DNA from: Podarcis liolepis | Taxonomy: Eukaryota | Reading direction: 5' to 3' (one strand) | Length of the DNA stretch: 64,000 bases | Assembly (NCBI GenBank): GCA_965112155.1 | Contig: OZ218105.1 | Program-made: the position numbers and the translations under genes | The notes under the pieces: model-generated | Seen by the model: only the letters and a program-made list of their open reading frames with translations | Told to the model about the DNA's origin: nothing | Databases searched by the model: none | Part shown: positions 25,564 to 37,420 of the stretch, piece after piece | How the letters are laid out: each line of letters starts with the position of its first letter | Position numbering within the stretch: position 1 is the stretch's first letter

Positions 25564-25912
25564 TACAGGAGAACCCTTCTTATACTTTCAAGTTAGGACA
25601 TTTATTTTAGTCATGATAAAAAACACATAAGGTAGTTACAGTGCGGCTGAGACTTTGACTTGTTTCAGAAAGGGAATCAGAAATCTGTTCTGCCTGACCT
25701 GTTCACATCTTTCCACTGTTGTTTGTTACTGCCTTAAGAACATAAGAGGAACCTTGAAAGGTCAGACCAAAAGGTTGAACTAGTGGTTCATTTCCAACAA
25801 TGACCAGCCATATGCTTTTAAAAGCTTCCAGCAATCCATAAACGCAGCAGTCCTCAGAGGGATCCTGCCCCTGAACACAAAACTTTATCTGCCTACCATG
25901 GCAGGCTGATAG

Positions 25913-26050
25913 CAGGGATGGGGAACCTGTGGCCTTCAAGATGTAGTTGGACTTCAATGCTCATAAGCCACAGTCAGCATGCCCAATAGTCAGTGATGAT
26001 GGGAGGTGTAGTTCAACAATATGTGGAGAGCCACGGGTTCCACATCCCTG
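25913..26050. mobile_element. Old palindromic hAT-type MITE; related copies at about 7330-7440, 24075-24160, 52925-53058, 54175-54300 and 60815-60925
   Basis: cagggatggggaacctgtggc ... gccacgggttccacatccctg inverted termini; TSD no longer evident. Confidence 0.7.
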
Positions 26051-26064
26051 GTTTAGGTCTCTCT

Positions 26065-26398
26065 CAAGTACTGCCATCTTCAAATATTGAAAGGGCTGTC
26101 ACATACAAGGTGGAGCAAGCATGCTTTCTCCTGTTCTCGAGGGTAGGACCTGAACCAATGGATTCAAGTTACAAGAAAGAAGATTCTGACTTAACATCAG
26201 GAATAACTTTCTGGTGGTTAAGAGCTGTTCGACCGTGAAATGGACTACTTGGAAGGTAGTGGAGAGTCTCCTTCATTGGAGGCTTTTAAGCAGAGGTGGA
26301 TGACCATCTGTTGTGTATGCTTTAGTTGAGATTCCAGCGTTGCAGCGGATTGGACTAGATGACCCTTGAGGTCTCCTGCAACTCTATGATTCTATTAT
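26065..26398 (+). mobile_element. CR1 LINE 3' fragment
   Basis: catcttcaaatattgaaagggctgtca...tctccttcattggaggcttttaagcagagg...ggactagatgacc...caactctatgattctat, the canonical CR1 end. Confidence 0.85.
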
Positions 26399-26558
26399 TT
26401 TAACTCAAACTGCTATGCATAGGTTCTCTCTGGTTTCCCATTTAGGCAGCAACAAGACCCAGCTCTTGTTTCAGCAAGGTTGCTCTGACACATGCCTTCC
26501 AACAATAACCCTGATGGCGTTTTAAAGAACATCAATAAAAAGCAAGGTTATTTTTTTA

Positions 26559-26873
<315 letters not shown>

Positions 26874-27619
26874 TTATTGGATATGAACAAACCCCGTTAG
26901 TACTCCTGCAGTGGGTTCACACACGTGGCATTACCTTCAAGAGCCATACAGCCATGTGGATCATTCGTCTATAAATTTGCCAAGTTCTATTTTCAACTAA
27001 ATTAAATGTTTTACTTCACCAAAGATATTTGCCGCTACAAGGGTACAAGCTGTGGTTGAAGAGGAGGTTTGTTCACAGAGGTTAAAGTTTCATTTTATGA
27101 AAACAAGATTTTAGATAATAATTTTGGAAGATACACAGAATTGGTTCACGCATTGTGGAAAGCCGTAGTTAAAAGTAAGCTATGGCTTACTGCGAGCAAG
27201 CAGCTTATTAATACATACAGTTCTTCTCAATCATAACCTCTTTGCTCCTCCCTTTTCCCAGCTGGAAAAGAACATACATCAGGGTTGGCTTAGCTTTGTG
27301 AGCAAATCAACACTCATGGTTTGCTTGGAAAGAAGGAAGCCATGACTGCTGGTTTCAACTAAGAGTTGTTTCTTCCCCTTGGAGGAAATTGTAGGAGTAG
27401 GGTGGCCCCCAGCTCCTCACAACACTGGGACATCACATGAGTGATGTTATCCTCTCCATCGCCCTCGCAAGCTGGCACCTCTGACAGTAGACATCCCTAT
27501 GCCAGTACTGGCTATACCTACTGGAGGGGGCAAGGGAATTCTTGCTAAAATAGCATCCTTTATGAGAACCTTACCCCCCTCCCATCACTCTCGCAAGCTG
27601 GTGCCTCTGATCCTAGGAC

Positions 27620-27882
27620 TACTTCTTCTTTGGCAATCACTCGTAGCCAAGTAGGGTTGTCTTCCATGAACACAGTCTTAACAGTGACTCCGTAAGCGAC
27701 TGTGGAGGCCAGTTCTGGATCCACACATCCTTCCACAGTAAGGACAGAGGTTTCCAGGCAGGAGTTGATCAAGGTGAGGGTTTGCCAAATGTGCCTTCCT
27801 CTTAGCACGTTTCTCCCTTTCATCCTGAGTTTGAGCATCTTCGAAGTCTATGACACCTTTGGTAAAGGCTGTTCTCCAAATG
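27620..27882 (-). mobile_element. RTE-clade LINE 3' end (another subfamily)
   Basis: Minus strand encodes WRTAFTKGVIDFEDAQTQDEREKRAKRKAH...LCPYCGRMCGSRTGLHSHLRSH with a (GAA)n tail; a short piece of the same 3' end sits at about 11232-11295. Confidence 0.75.
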
Positions 27883-28730
27883 GAGCTCTCGTTGGCCAGT
27901 GTTTCCCAATTGTCAGTGTTTATACCACATTTTTTTTAGATTTGCCTTGAGAAAGTTTGCCCCAAGTAAGTACAACCTATTCTCCAGAACACTGTAGAAA
28001 TAAAGTAGCATGCAACTGCATTCCTGAGAGGTCTTCTGTTGCAGCAATAATACGTAACATGTATGAAATATAAACTACAGTAATAGCCTGCATAGTATCA
28101 TTGTCCAGCTTATTATAAAGATGTGCGCAAATTGTACGAAATTAGTAGTGTAAAAGTAATAGAATGTTGAATACACATTATGTATGGACGTTGTGCATTA
28201 TATAGTTTATTCACTAGGTGGCACTTGATATAATCACATTTGGGTGGAGTCAGGGGTTCCCTATGGCTGTTCTCATTGGATAAAATCAGTTAACTGTTCT
28301 TGTCTTGTTTCTTAAGTGGCTTCTCCTCTATGCTTCCATGATACAGTACTTCAAATGCTTAAATGCTGTTGGAAAATGGACCATTATTAGCAAAATTAGC
28401 TGCTGTTGACAGGCAGCTTCCTTCTTTTCCAAACATGACTTGCCGCACGCAATAACAGAAAGTGTTTCATTTAATCAGAGGTTTCTGAGTATTAACATAT
28501 ATTGATTCTGCAATGTACCTCTCAACAAAATGGGAATCAATTTTCAAATGCAGTGAGAAAATTGATTCCCCTCCCCCCCTTGGAGCACGATTTACAAATC
28601 TGTCAAGTAAGTATAATAATGTGCAGGAAAGGCAAATATGCTAAGGATCATTTACAGAGCAGAAAGTGATCTTTAAAAAACAACCAAAGAGGACTGAGTG
28701 AAATTATGCAGTAAATTTCAACAGACTTAC

Positions 28731-28902
28731 CCAGCTCCACGTCTTGGTCATCTGTGAGTACAAGGATAATGTTTGGCCTGATATTTTTCCGCTCCTGCTG
28801 TACACGTCCTCTGAACCTTGGGGATTTGACAGTAGTACAGTGGCTCCTTAACAGCTCAGTGCCAAGCACAGTCCATATAAATGCAATGCAATAATGATTC
28901 AT
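28731..28902 (-). CDS. SULF1: SULF1 first coding exon (signal peptide and start of sulfatase domain); whole exon is 28731-28966 including 64 nt of 5' UTR
   Basis: Translates [58 protein letters not shown], the recognisable Sulf1 N-terminus. Donor G|gtaagt at 28730; acceptor ttatccag| at 28967-28968; in-frame stops lie upstream of the ATG. Confidence 0.97.
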
Positions 28903-29010
28903 TGTATCTGTCCAATACTGCAGTTAAACCCTCGTGCAAATGCTTCTGTTCCTTAAATTTCAAGCTCTGGATAATGAAAGGGATAAAAAAGGGGGGTGGG
29001 GAGAGGAAAG

Positions 29011-29013
<3 letters not shown>

Positions 29014-29053
<40 letters not shown>
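29014..29053. repeat. (GA)20 microsatellite just upstream of the first coding exon acceptor
   Basis: Direct inspection. Confidence 0.97.
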
Positions 29054-29057
<4 letters not shown>

Positions 29058-29279
29058 TAGTTTAAAGCTCAGCTTGCATTCGATTAAATATACATAAGAC
29101 AGAACAGAAAACTGTTCTTATAGCTGGATGTTGCTTTTTGAAAATGATACCGATATTTTTCAATGGCAATGCGCTTCGTTTTCCTTCTCCAAGATTTAGT
29201 GCTAGCTGTATTTTATGGTTTGCTGCACAGCCATCTTCCAGAGATGCTTCTGTTTTCTTTACAGCTCATTATTTTCTTC

Positions 29280-29322
<43 letters not shown>
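29280..29322. repeat. (ATT)n microsatellite
   Basis: Direct inspection. Confidence 0.97.
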
Positions 29323-29323
<1 letters not shown>

Positions 29324-29796
29324 TACTTTATCTTGCTCAGGGCAACCCAAAGTGACTTGGGTTATACTAGATGACGCTTGTGGTCCCTTCCAACTCTACA
29401 AATCTATTATTCTATGACGTACAACCAAACAACTGATCCAGAAAAAAAGCATTTTGAACCTCTTTAGAAGAAGCCCTCTAAAAGTGGTGTTCAAATCCAT
29501 AACTTCTTCATTCCCTGTTCAGCAGTATGTCTCTTGTGAAGCATGGCAGATATCCTTTCCTGGGAGCATTGAAAGAGAGACGTCACCTAAATCCATCTCT
29601 CCTTATATACGGGGTTTCGGTGAGTACATGCCCTAATGGTTTGAAAGGCCCAGGTTTTCTTCAGAAAATCAGCAAAGCTAATCGGCTTGCTTTCTTCCCT
29701 TCAATAAACATTACTATGTTTCTTTCATCTCCTTTCCGTTCAAGAGAGGTCCCGTTCCAAGGCACAGAACAGCAGACCCGTTTTAGTCCAACTCAC

Positions 29797-29870
29797 CTGC
29801 ACTTCTGAAGCAGAGATAAAGACATGGCTGCCGGCCGTAATCTCTAACATTATTTGATGCTGCTCTGTTT
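29797..29870 (-). other. SULF1: Candidate SULF1 5'-UTR exon (internal or alternative first exon; 5' boundary uncertain)
   Basis: Consensus donor CAG|gtgagt at 29796, about 0.83 kb upstream of the first coding exon acceptor. Possible tandem acceptors (aaacag|aaacag) with a weak pyrimidine tract. No transcript evidence. Confidence 0.35.
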
Positions 29871-31749
29871 CTGTTTGCAACTTAACAGAGAGCTCGTATT
29901 AAGTGACAGTCCAGATGATCCTACCCAGCACCATGAAAGGCCGTATCCCTGTCCCTCATCAATCAGCAGTGGGACTGAGCACATCATCTATAATGCAGGA
30001 CAACTTGAAGCAAGCGTTTGTCCCCAATTCTCCATTTCCAGATTCGGCTCACTGAGCCTATCAGAACCCCTTTCTCAATGGCTGTCAGTCAAGCAGCCCC
30101 ACTATTGTAAGCCCTAATGCAACCTCAGGAGGGGTCTCCTTGCTGTGGCAGACTTAAACCCACAACAGAAAATGATTGATGGGCCTTGTGACTAAAAAGG
30201 TTAGTCACTTACACTCCAGCATTCTCTGCCCCATTGGCAGAGGCTCCACCAAGCGATGGAAACTCGTGATAATACTAACTGAACGTGAAACTTAATTGGC
30301 CATATATTTTTATTTTAAAACACAGGCAGGGCTTGAAGGCAGATGAGGTGCAAGGAGGCATCCTCCATGGGAAAGTCTGCTTGGAAAAGAGGCGACACCA
30401 GCCTTAATGAGAATGGAACACAACTCATCAGACAATCCGTCCTCCCACACCTGAGACTTCATATTTAGGCATGCAACATTAACTAGTAGGGGATAAATCA
30501 GCAGAACTAATTAAATGGAAGCATAGCATAGCAGAGAAGGCAAAAGGGGGTGGGGGTGGTCCCATCACTCATTTCAAAACACAAAGGAGGGATGCAATTC
30601 CTTAGGGAGAAATTTGACACAGACCACCAGCAATAAAAGTATATCATTTAAATGCTGGATTTTTTTCTTTCTTTTCACACCCACTTATTACTTGAAACTT
30701 CACAACATATCCTATAAACAGTGTCATGCATCTCACTCCTCGGGAGATAATTGCACCAGGAGAGTGTGAATGTTGTTGTTTTTTTAAAAAGAACGAAACA
30801 AAAAACCCCTCCAAGCATCTGTAAGCAAAGAAATCCGGGCTCCATTGTCTGTGCATAAACATTCCAATCTCTGATTGACATCACAGCATAAAGGCAGTAT
30901 GCTGGAGGATTCTGCATGCTAAGTTAAATGCTATCGCCCTGACTACATAACATTCAGATAAGTAGACTGGAAGTCAGTAATTAGTCTGAGCATGCTCTCT
31001 CTACCCTTAAAAATATTTTGGTTTTCAACCATTTGCTCCAACTGGAGTACAGGATTATTGACCATTAAAGTATTTTTTCTGCCTGATAACAGCAATGCCA
31101 CTTACACATGGTGCAAAAGCTAAACAGAAATTTCTCCTGGGGATCCTCTTTCAAGTGCAGACCTCCAGACTCCTCTCACATAAAGTCAAAAGAGGAGCAT
31201 GTGGGAGTAGGAAAGAGCAAATGTGTAGCATTTCCTGGATCAGATGCACTGCCTAGATAATTTTTCCAAATAGCGTTGTACCCAAACAGACCTAGGTTTT
31301 CTACAGCCCGGGGCAAGGTGTGCTCTGGCGAGTCCCCTTGTCTATCAGCAAAGTTCGCCAGGATTTATTTGACGGTTGCAGCAAGCTGGATCTAGCCTGC
31401 CTTTTAATTTTCCACAATGCCCCCACAAAACAGCATTGCTCTGAAACATTATGTGCAATTTAGATGGCAGCTGCCCAGACCACATGGACTGCTGGGCTGA
31501 AAAATAAATAAATATAGGGCCCCCCAAGTGTGGCGTCAGCCAGTATAAAACAGGGGTTAGAGTGTTGGAGTAGGACTTGGGAAACCTGTCCAGACCTAGG
31601 TTATAAAACCACTCCTACCATTAAAATCATTGGGTGACCCAATCCCTATACTCTATTCCAATTTACGTTAACACTGTTACGGGAATAAAATGGGATAAGC
31701 AAGGTGGCCATCAAGCCACCTTTATTTCTCTGGAGAAAAGATGGGGAAG

Positions 31750-31932
31750 AACAGCAGCTCACTGGAAGAGCATCCACCTTGCATTTAGAAAGTCCCAGGT
31801 ACAATCCCTAGCGTCTCCAGGTAGAGGCGAGAATGTCCCCTGATTGACACCTTGGAAAGCCACTGCAGGTGTGAACAGTACTGAGCTAAATGGCCCTTTG
31901 GCCTTATTTAAGTTAAGGCAGCCTCCTATGTT
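31750..31932 (+). mobile_element. Old tRNA-derived SINE with CR1-type tail (second family)
   Basis: agctcactggaagagcat...gtcccaggtacaatccct head and aaggcagcctcctatgtt tail; related copy at about 15375-15555. Confidence 0.6.
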
Positions 31933-33564
31933 AATATGATATAAATGCAATACATGCGTGTGAGGGGGGAAGAATATATTATATATATGCTCCAAATATA
32001 TTCTACATGACTAGACACCTCTTGTGCAACCAGGGAACCCAAATAGGTACAGCTCCTGATGATGCAGAGCAGTGCCCAGGTATCATATATCATGTGTACT
32101 TCCCTATGCCCTTATGCATTCATTTCCCTATTAATAATCTGAAAAGGGCTTGGAGGGCTCAGCAAACCCAACTACTCACTACATGCATTACCAGGTCCCC
32201 TTTGCACAAGCACTTATTTATTCAAAGGCAACCTTTTTAAAAGCTGCCATCCTCTCACTGCCCGGCTTCTAGCTCCTGAAGGAAATGAAGCAACGAAACA
32301 CCCCTGCAAAATCTAGGGCTTCAGTGGGGATACAAGAACGTACTGTAGTGTTTGCATTGGCTACTTTGCCCTAGTCTACAAGTGTCCTCAGAGACACTGC
32401 AATTTGTCTTTGAGAAACAGTCAAAAGCAAGAAAAATTAAAGAGAGGCCTTGTTCTTCACACATGGCAAGTGAACGTAAGGCATTGTGCAGTGTCCAAGG
32501 ATCAAGAAGAGACTACAAGTTGCCTTTCTTCCATAAGGTAAATGAAAGCATATTGACTGCAAGTGAAAAATAAGCGACTTGGAGAAAGTATAAATATATT
32601 TTTGTACAGGCAGGCATGTAATCAGGTCTCCTAGATGGAATGAGAGGAGATGCATTTCGAATGTACCCCTTTCCCGTATATATTCTGATCCTACAAGAAA
32701 TCAGCTTTACAGCAAAAGTTACATGGAGCTATAAAACTGTGAAACCCATTTATCAAAGGAAAACTGCACAAAGAGATTGCTCAGCCTGCTTGACATTCTG
32801 TGATCCATTACAGTGTGTATCGTGTTTACAGTGTTTCCGGTTTTTACACCACATGCAAAAGATTGCACTTTATTCAATATGTACGCACGTGGGCATGATG
32901 GGTTTAGGCCAGTGACAACCAAAGTCTTTAGCCTGAGTGTTACGTCTGTATCTCCAAATAACATCGTTACAACCTCTCTTCATGTACAGCTTTTAGATCT
33001 GGACACACTACTCTCTGAAGTGCTTTACTTTGGAAGGAGCATTGTCTGCGACTTTTGGACTGCTTTCATTCCACTAGGGAAGCACACAGGGAAATTTGTG
33101 CTCTAGTACAATCCATTGACAACGCAACAGCTCTAAGGACCAATGTAGACACGGCCATGACATTAGATGCATGTCAACAACTGATGTGTATGTTCCTCCA
33201 AAATGTAAATAGCCACTAAGCAGCACCAAGATGTCAGCAGGTGGAGAGAAATAACACTTTCTCCACCACAATCTTGTCAAAAATCCCCGCCTCAAGCTGG
33301 GCTGAAAGCCCATGGGAGTTTCCCTTCCAATACAAATAGAAGCTTTTGGCATAAGTGATGAAAAAACAAAAATCTGGAACACACTAAGAAAAAGACAAAC
33401 TTCACTTCTTGCACCACAGTTCCGACCCTTCCAATTAACAGCTTACGTGGAGTTAAAATGCTGTGGTGCCATTTAGTCTAAAGTGTCCCAAAACATGACA
33501 GCAGGTGCACTGACTTCTAAGTGATGAAGTGATGCTTTATTAAAGCAGATTAACTGTACAGACA

Positions 33565-33918
33565 GGGACACCGGTGGCACTGTGGGTTAAACCACAGAGC
33601 CTAGGACTTGCCGATCAGAAGGTCAGCGGTTCGAATCCCCGCAACGGGGTGAGCTCCCATTGCTCGGTCCCTGCTCCTGCCAACCTAGAAGTTCGAAAGC
33701 ACGTCAAAGTGCAAGTAGATAAATAGGTACCGCTCCGGCAGGAAGGTAAACAGCGTTTCTGTGTGCTGGTCTGGTTTGCCAGAAGTGGCTTAGTCATGCT
33801 GGGCACATGACCCAAAAGCTGTACGCCGGCTCCCTCAGCCAATAAAGCGAGATGAGTGCCGCAACCCCAGAGTCGGTCACGACTGAACCAAATGGTCAGG
33901 GGTCCCTTTACCTTTACC
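33565..33918 (+). mobile_element. Sauria SINE (Squam1), full length
   Basis: tRNA-like head with B box ggttcgaatccc, typical core gtgcaagtagataaataggtacc, (ACCTTT)n-type tail, exact 14-bp TSD taactgtacagaca at 33551-33564 and 33919-33932. Confidence 0.93.
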
Positions 33919-35401
33919 TAACTGTACAGACATGGAAAGAGACCAATACAGTACAGAGCTCTTACAAGGCTAAGGCTAGGAGGAACAAGTCCAATCTAAG
34001 AAGCAGGGCCAGGGTTCACAAGCTGAAGATCAGGAACAAGCATTGCAAGACTGCACAGGAGCTGCAAAGTTGTTCCAACAAGTTTTCCCACCTATCCACC
34101 AAGCTTTTAAGCAGAGGCTGAGATGCCCAGCTACTTGTGAGAATCCACAGCTGCAAGTTTTAAACACTTTTTGGGCACCAACACTATAGAGCATACTGCA
34201 GTATTTGAATGTGGAAGTTATTGGACCTTGTATCCCCAAATCCCAATCCCCATAGGTTAAGAGAAGCTGTAGTTTGTGCACCCAGTGAACCTGGAAAGCG
34301 CCACTTTTGACCACAGATGTCACCGAAGACTCAAGATCTTCTAGAGGAACTATGAAAAGTGCAAACCTGATGGAGTAAGACACAACCCACAAATTGCAAA
34401 TACAGCAACCACCTATTTACGGTTCATTGGAAAGCCGTAACAATATCAATACCATCAGACTTATGCGAAAGGTGAATATGACAAGCATTTTTTGATAATG
34501 TTTCCTTACAAGTTGGCTGTGATCTGCCTGCAGAATTGCAATAATTCACTTCCATACTGACCATAAACTAGCAAGAATTAAACAAAGATCAGGCCACTCC
34601 CTTTTTGGTGTTAGCTTGAGTCTTAAGTGCCTGAAAATATGGAAAGAAATGCAAAGCAACTTGCATTTTAATAAAACAAACCCTTTCTTGAAAGAGAATC
34701 TTGAGTAGTTTTATTTTCCCATCAGAACCAAAATAGTAAGAAGACACCGAAACCCCACACCTTCAATTTAGAGATTAAAATTAGCTCCCACTAGTTAATC
34801 AACCAATCCATCTTTAGACGACTAGTGTACCGACCTAATAATTGCCAATGAAAATTTTTGACATTCCTTCTGTTGAAAATGCTGGCAAGTTACAAATGCA
34901 GAAGCTTCAGGCTTGGTGTGCATGTGGTGGTGGTGAAATTCTGATTTATCCTGCTCAATTCACATACATTGTTTCCACTGATCTCCAGTGTATGTATCAG
35001 AGAGAGAATGAAACGCCACTGTATTTGAACAGGTGTACTTTTGAGTTTGGGTAGCCCCTTTAATTAGCAGTCCTGGAAATGTAAGTTTTAGGGTGACCAT
35101 ATGCCCTGTGTTATGTATCTGAAAGAGTGGTCTTTTTGAATGATTATCTAGTCTCAGTCCAAGTTTAAATAGAAAGACAAAAAGAGTTCACCTTGTCACT
35201 GAGTTCCTTATTATGGTGAGATGCATTTCACTGAGACCCCTGGGTACGGGGCGGTATATAAATTCAGTAAGAAACAAACAAATAAATTATTATTGAAATT
35301 GCAGCGATCATTTCTAAACATGCATATATTCTAAAAATTAGCACTTGCACATTGTTATCACTAAATCTGCATCCTGCTTTATCATCTTTTTTGTTACCCT
35401 A

Positions 35402-35540
35402 GACTCATAGAGCTGGAAGGGATCCCAACGATTGCCTAGTCCAACTCCCTGCAATACAGGAATATTCAGCTGTATAGGGAATGAACCTGCAACAATGGAA
35501 TTATCAGCACCAGGCTCTAACCAATGGAGCTATCCAGGCT
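35402..35540 (-). mobile_element. Degenerate copy of the tRNA/CR1-tail SINE
   Basis: Reverse complement aligns with 1318-1456 (agctccattggttagagcctggtgctgataa ... ttggactag ... cccttccagctctatg). Confidence 0.65.
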
Positions 35541-36821
35541 GACCCTAGTAAGATATATAAGAAGAAGTCACATGAAATTTACTGTAAAAACAAATTAAAA
35601 GTTAAGGTGAATTTTTCTTCTAAAAGCATATGACAGTTGAAAAATGCTAGGTTTTGCACATACTCAATTTCAGGGTTTTATTAAGAGTCCCTGGAAAAAT
35701 GTGTTTAAAAGTAGGCAACGATAGTTTTCAAACGCTGCACTTATATTGCAGGAAAACGAGCATAACAATCATTTCAGAAAATCAGGGCTAGCAGTCCAGT
35801 TTCCTATGGGAAAGCAAGCCTCTCAGCATGGAAAATGCATTTACAGTACAGCAAGTCGAGAACAGCAGGATCTACTGCCTCCTCTTAAAGGTTAATCCAT
35901 TAATCTTAGTTGTAAAGCACTGGATTTATACTGAATATAAAGAATGCCATTAAATATCTAGGCCTAGCATTTATCTGTCTGATCTACAACATATTTATCA
36001 GTCAATCAGAATTATTTGCTCACCTCTAAATATAATCTGCCTGCAATTATGATGTTTAACCCATGCTGGGGGATAAATTATCATACCCACCAACTATAAT
36101 TTAGTCTAACTGCAGGCATAAGGATTTGTAACCTCATAAAAAGTACGAGGTAATTTAACAAACAAAGTACAATCAGGGGATTTCTGCATAAACTTTTATG
36201 CAAGCATACATTCCTGCATAGGCACAAAAATGTAACACACGTTTTAATCCACCATAACCGTTGTGTATATGCTAAGAAGCAACGTAAACTAGTCAAAAAC
36301 TTCCAATTGTTTTAAAACTAAAGGAAACTTGTTCATTCCATTGGGCTGGTTTTGCCCATGTCTTCATTCCCAACCAGCTCCTGGGAAATATTCAAAGGAG
36401 TAAAGAAATTACTTACTCACAAATTTAGGCTTGGATCCAAAGAACCATGAACAGAAGGAGAAAATGAATTAGTGTTGTTCCATGGGCCCAGCAACTACAA
36501 GACGGTTCAGGGGCTGCATTACAGTATAGGAAACCGAATAAGGAAACTGCAGCCTGCCATGTGTAACTTATTGGACTTGAAAATAAGCTCTTACAATGTC
36601 TTACAAAGGACTTTGCACAAACAGGGAGCTTCTTCTAGATTTGGAATGCTTTTCCTCACACAACATCTTCCACTTGGAAACAGTCCTTCCATGAATAAGA
36701 GAGTCTTTCTACTAATAGAAGGGCAAGTACCTTCAGATTAAATCCACAGAATGTGAAGGTGGCAGCCACAGTTTAAGATAGGCGTAATTTCCATGACGAC
36801 AGAAATTCTTTTGCCAATCAC

Positions 36822-37420
36822 TGTGATCATGGGAATTGCTGCAGGCATTCTCCTCCTCACGTGGTGTCATGAACCAGGGCTCCGACTCTTTACTCTCAGG
36901 AGAAGAGGCCATAAAAACAGAGGACTTAATGGACTGGGAGACAGATTGGCCCTCAGAATCAGCCACCAATTTCTATGCCTCACTGGGTGTTCCCTCACCA
37001 AAAGAGCCCATGATGCCAGTACATCTCTAGCCTGAAGACTTCCAGAGACAATGGAGTGGAGGCTCCACTCCTCAGAGGCAAGATAGAAGCAGAGGCTCAG
37101 TCTAGGTTTGCTGGTTGCTGCAGCAGAATGTAAGCCTGTCTTGTCTTCCAGTCTACACTCTACTCAGAGCTATCCAGGGTCCTGCCCACTTTGCTTATTT
37201 GCCTTGCTGGACCCTGTCTTGCCTGACTATGCTTATCTGGACCTCCAATCTGCTTTGTTTGAGTGAGCTCAATTGAGGTGGCCCCTGCTTTGCCTGCCCC
37301 TGCTAATCACCTCAGCTTGTTTGACTTTGCCCTGCTGGAACTTGATCTGACTATGTTTACTGAATCCTGAACGGAACCAGGTCAATTGGCCCTCCTGGAC
37401 CCTCCTCTGAAGATCTCACA
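36822..37420. mobile_element. Probable solo LTR (about 600 bp)
   Basis: Starts TGTGA and ends TCACA; 5-bp flanks atcac / agcac (one mismatch); higher GC than its surroundings with a purine-rich then pyrimidine-rich layout. Confidence 0.45.

Noticed and set aside
28648-28902. Assignment to SULF2 rather than SULF1
   Set aside because: The N-terminus (VLGTELL...[18 protein letters not shown]) and exon 8-9 sequence (RFRTNKK...GKFLRKKEE...[28 protein letters not shown]) follow SULF1.
33565-33650. tRNA gene (also at 1318 and 63770-63830)
   Set aside because: A/B boxes continue into SINE bodies and tails; these are SINE heads, not tRNAs.
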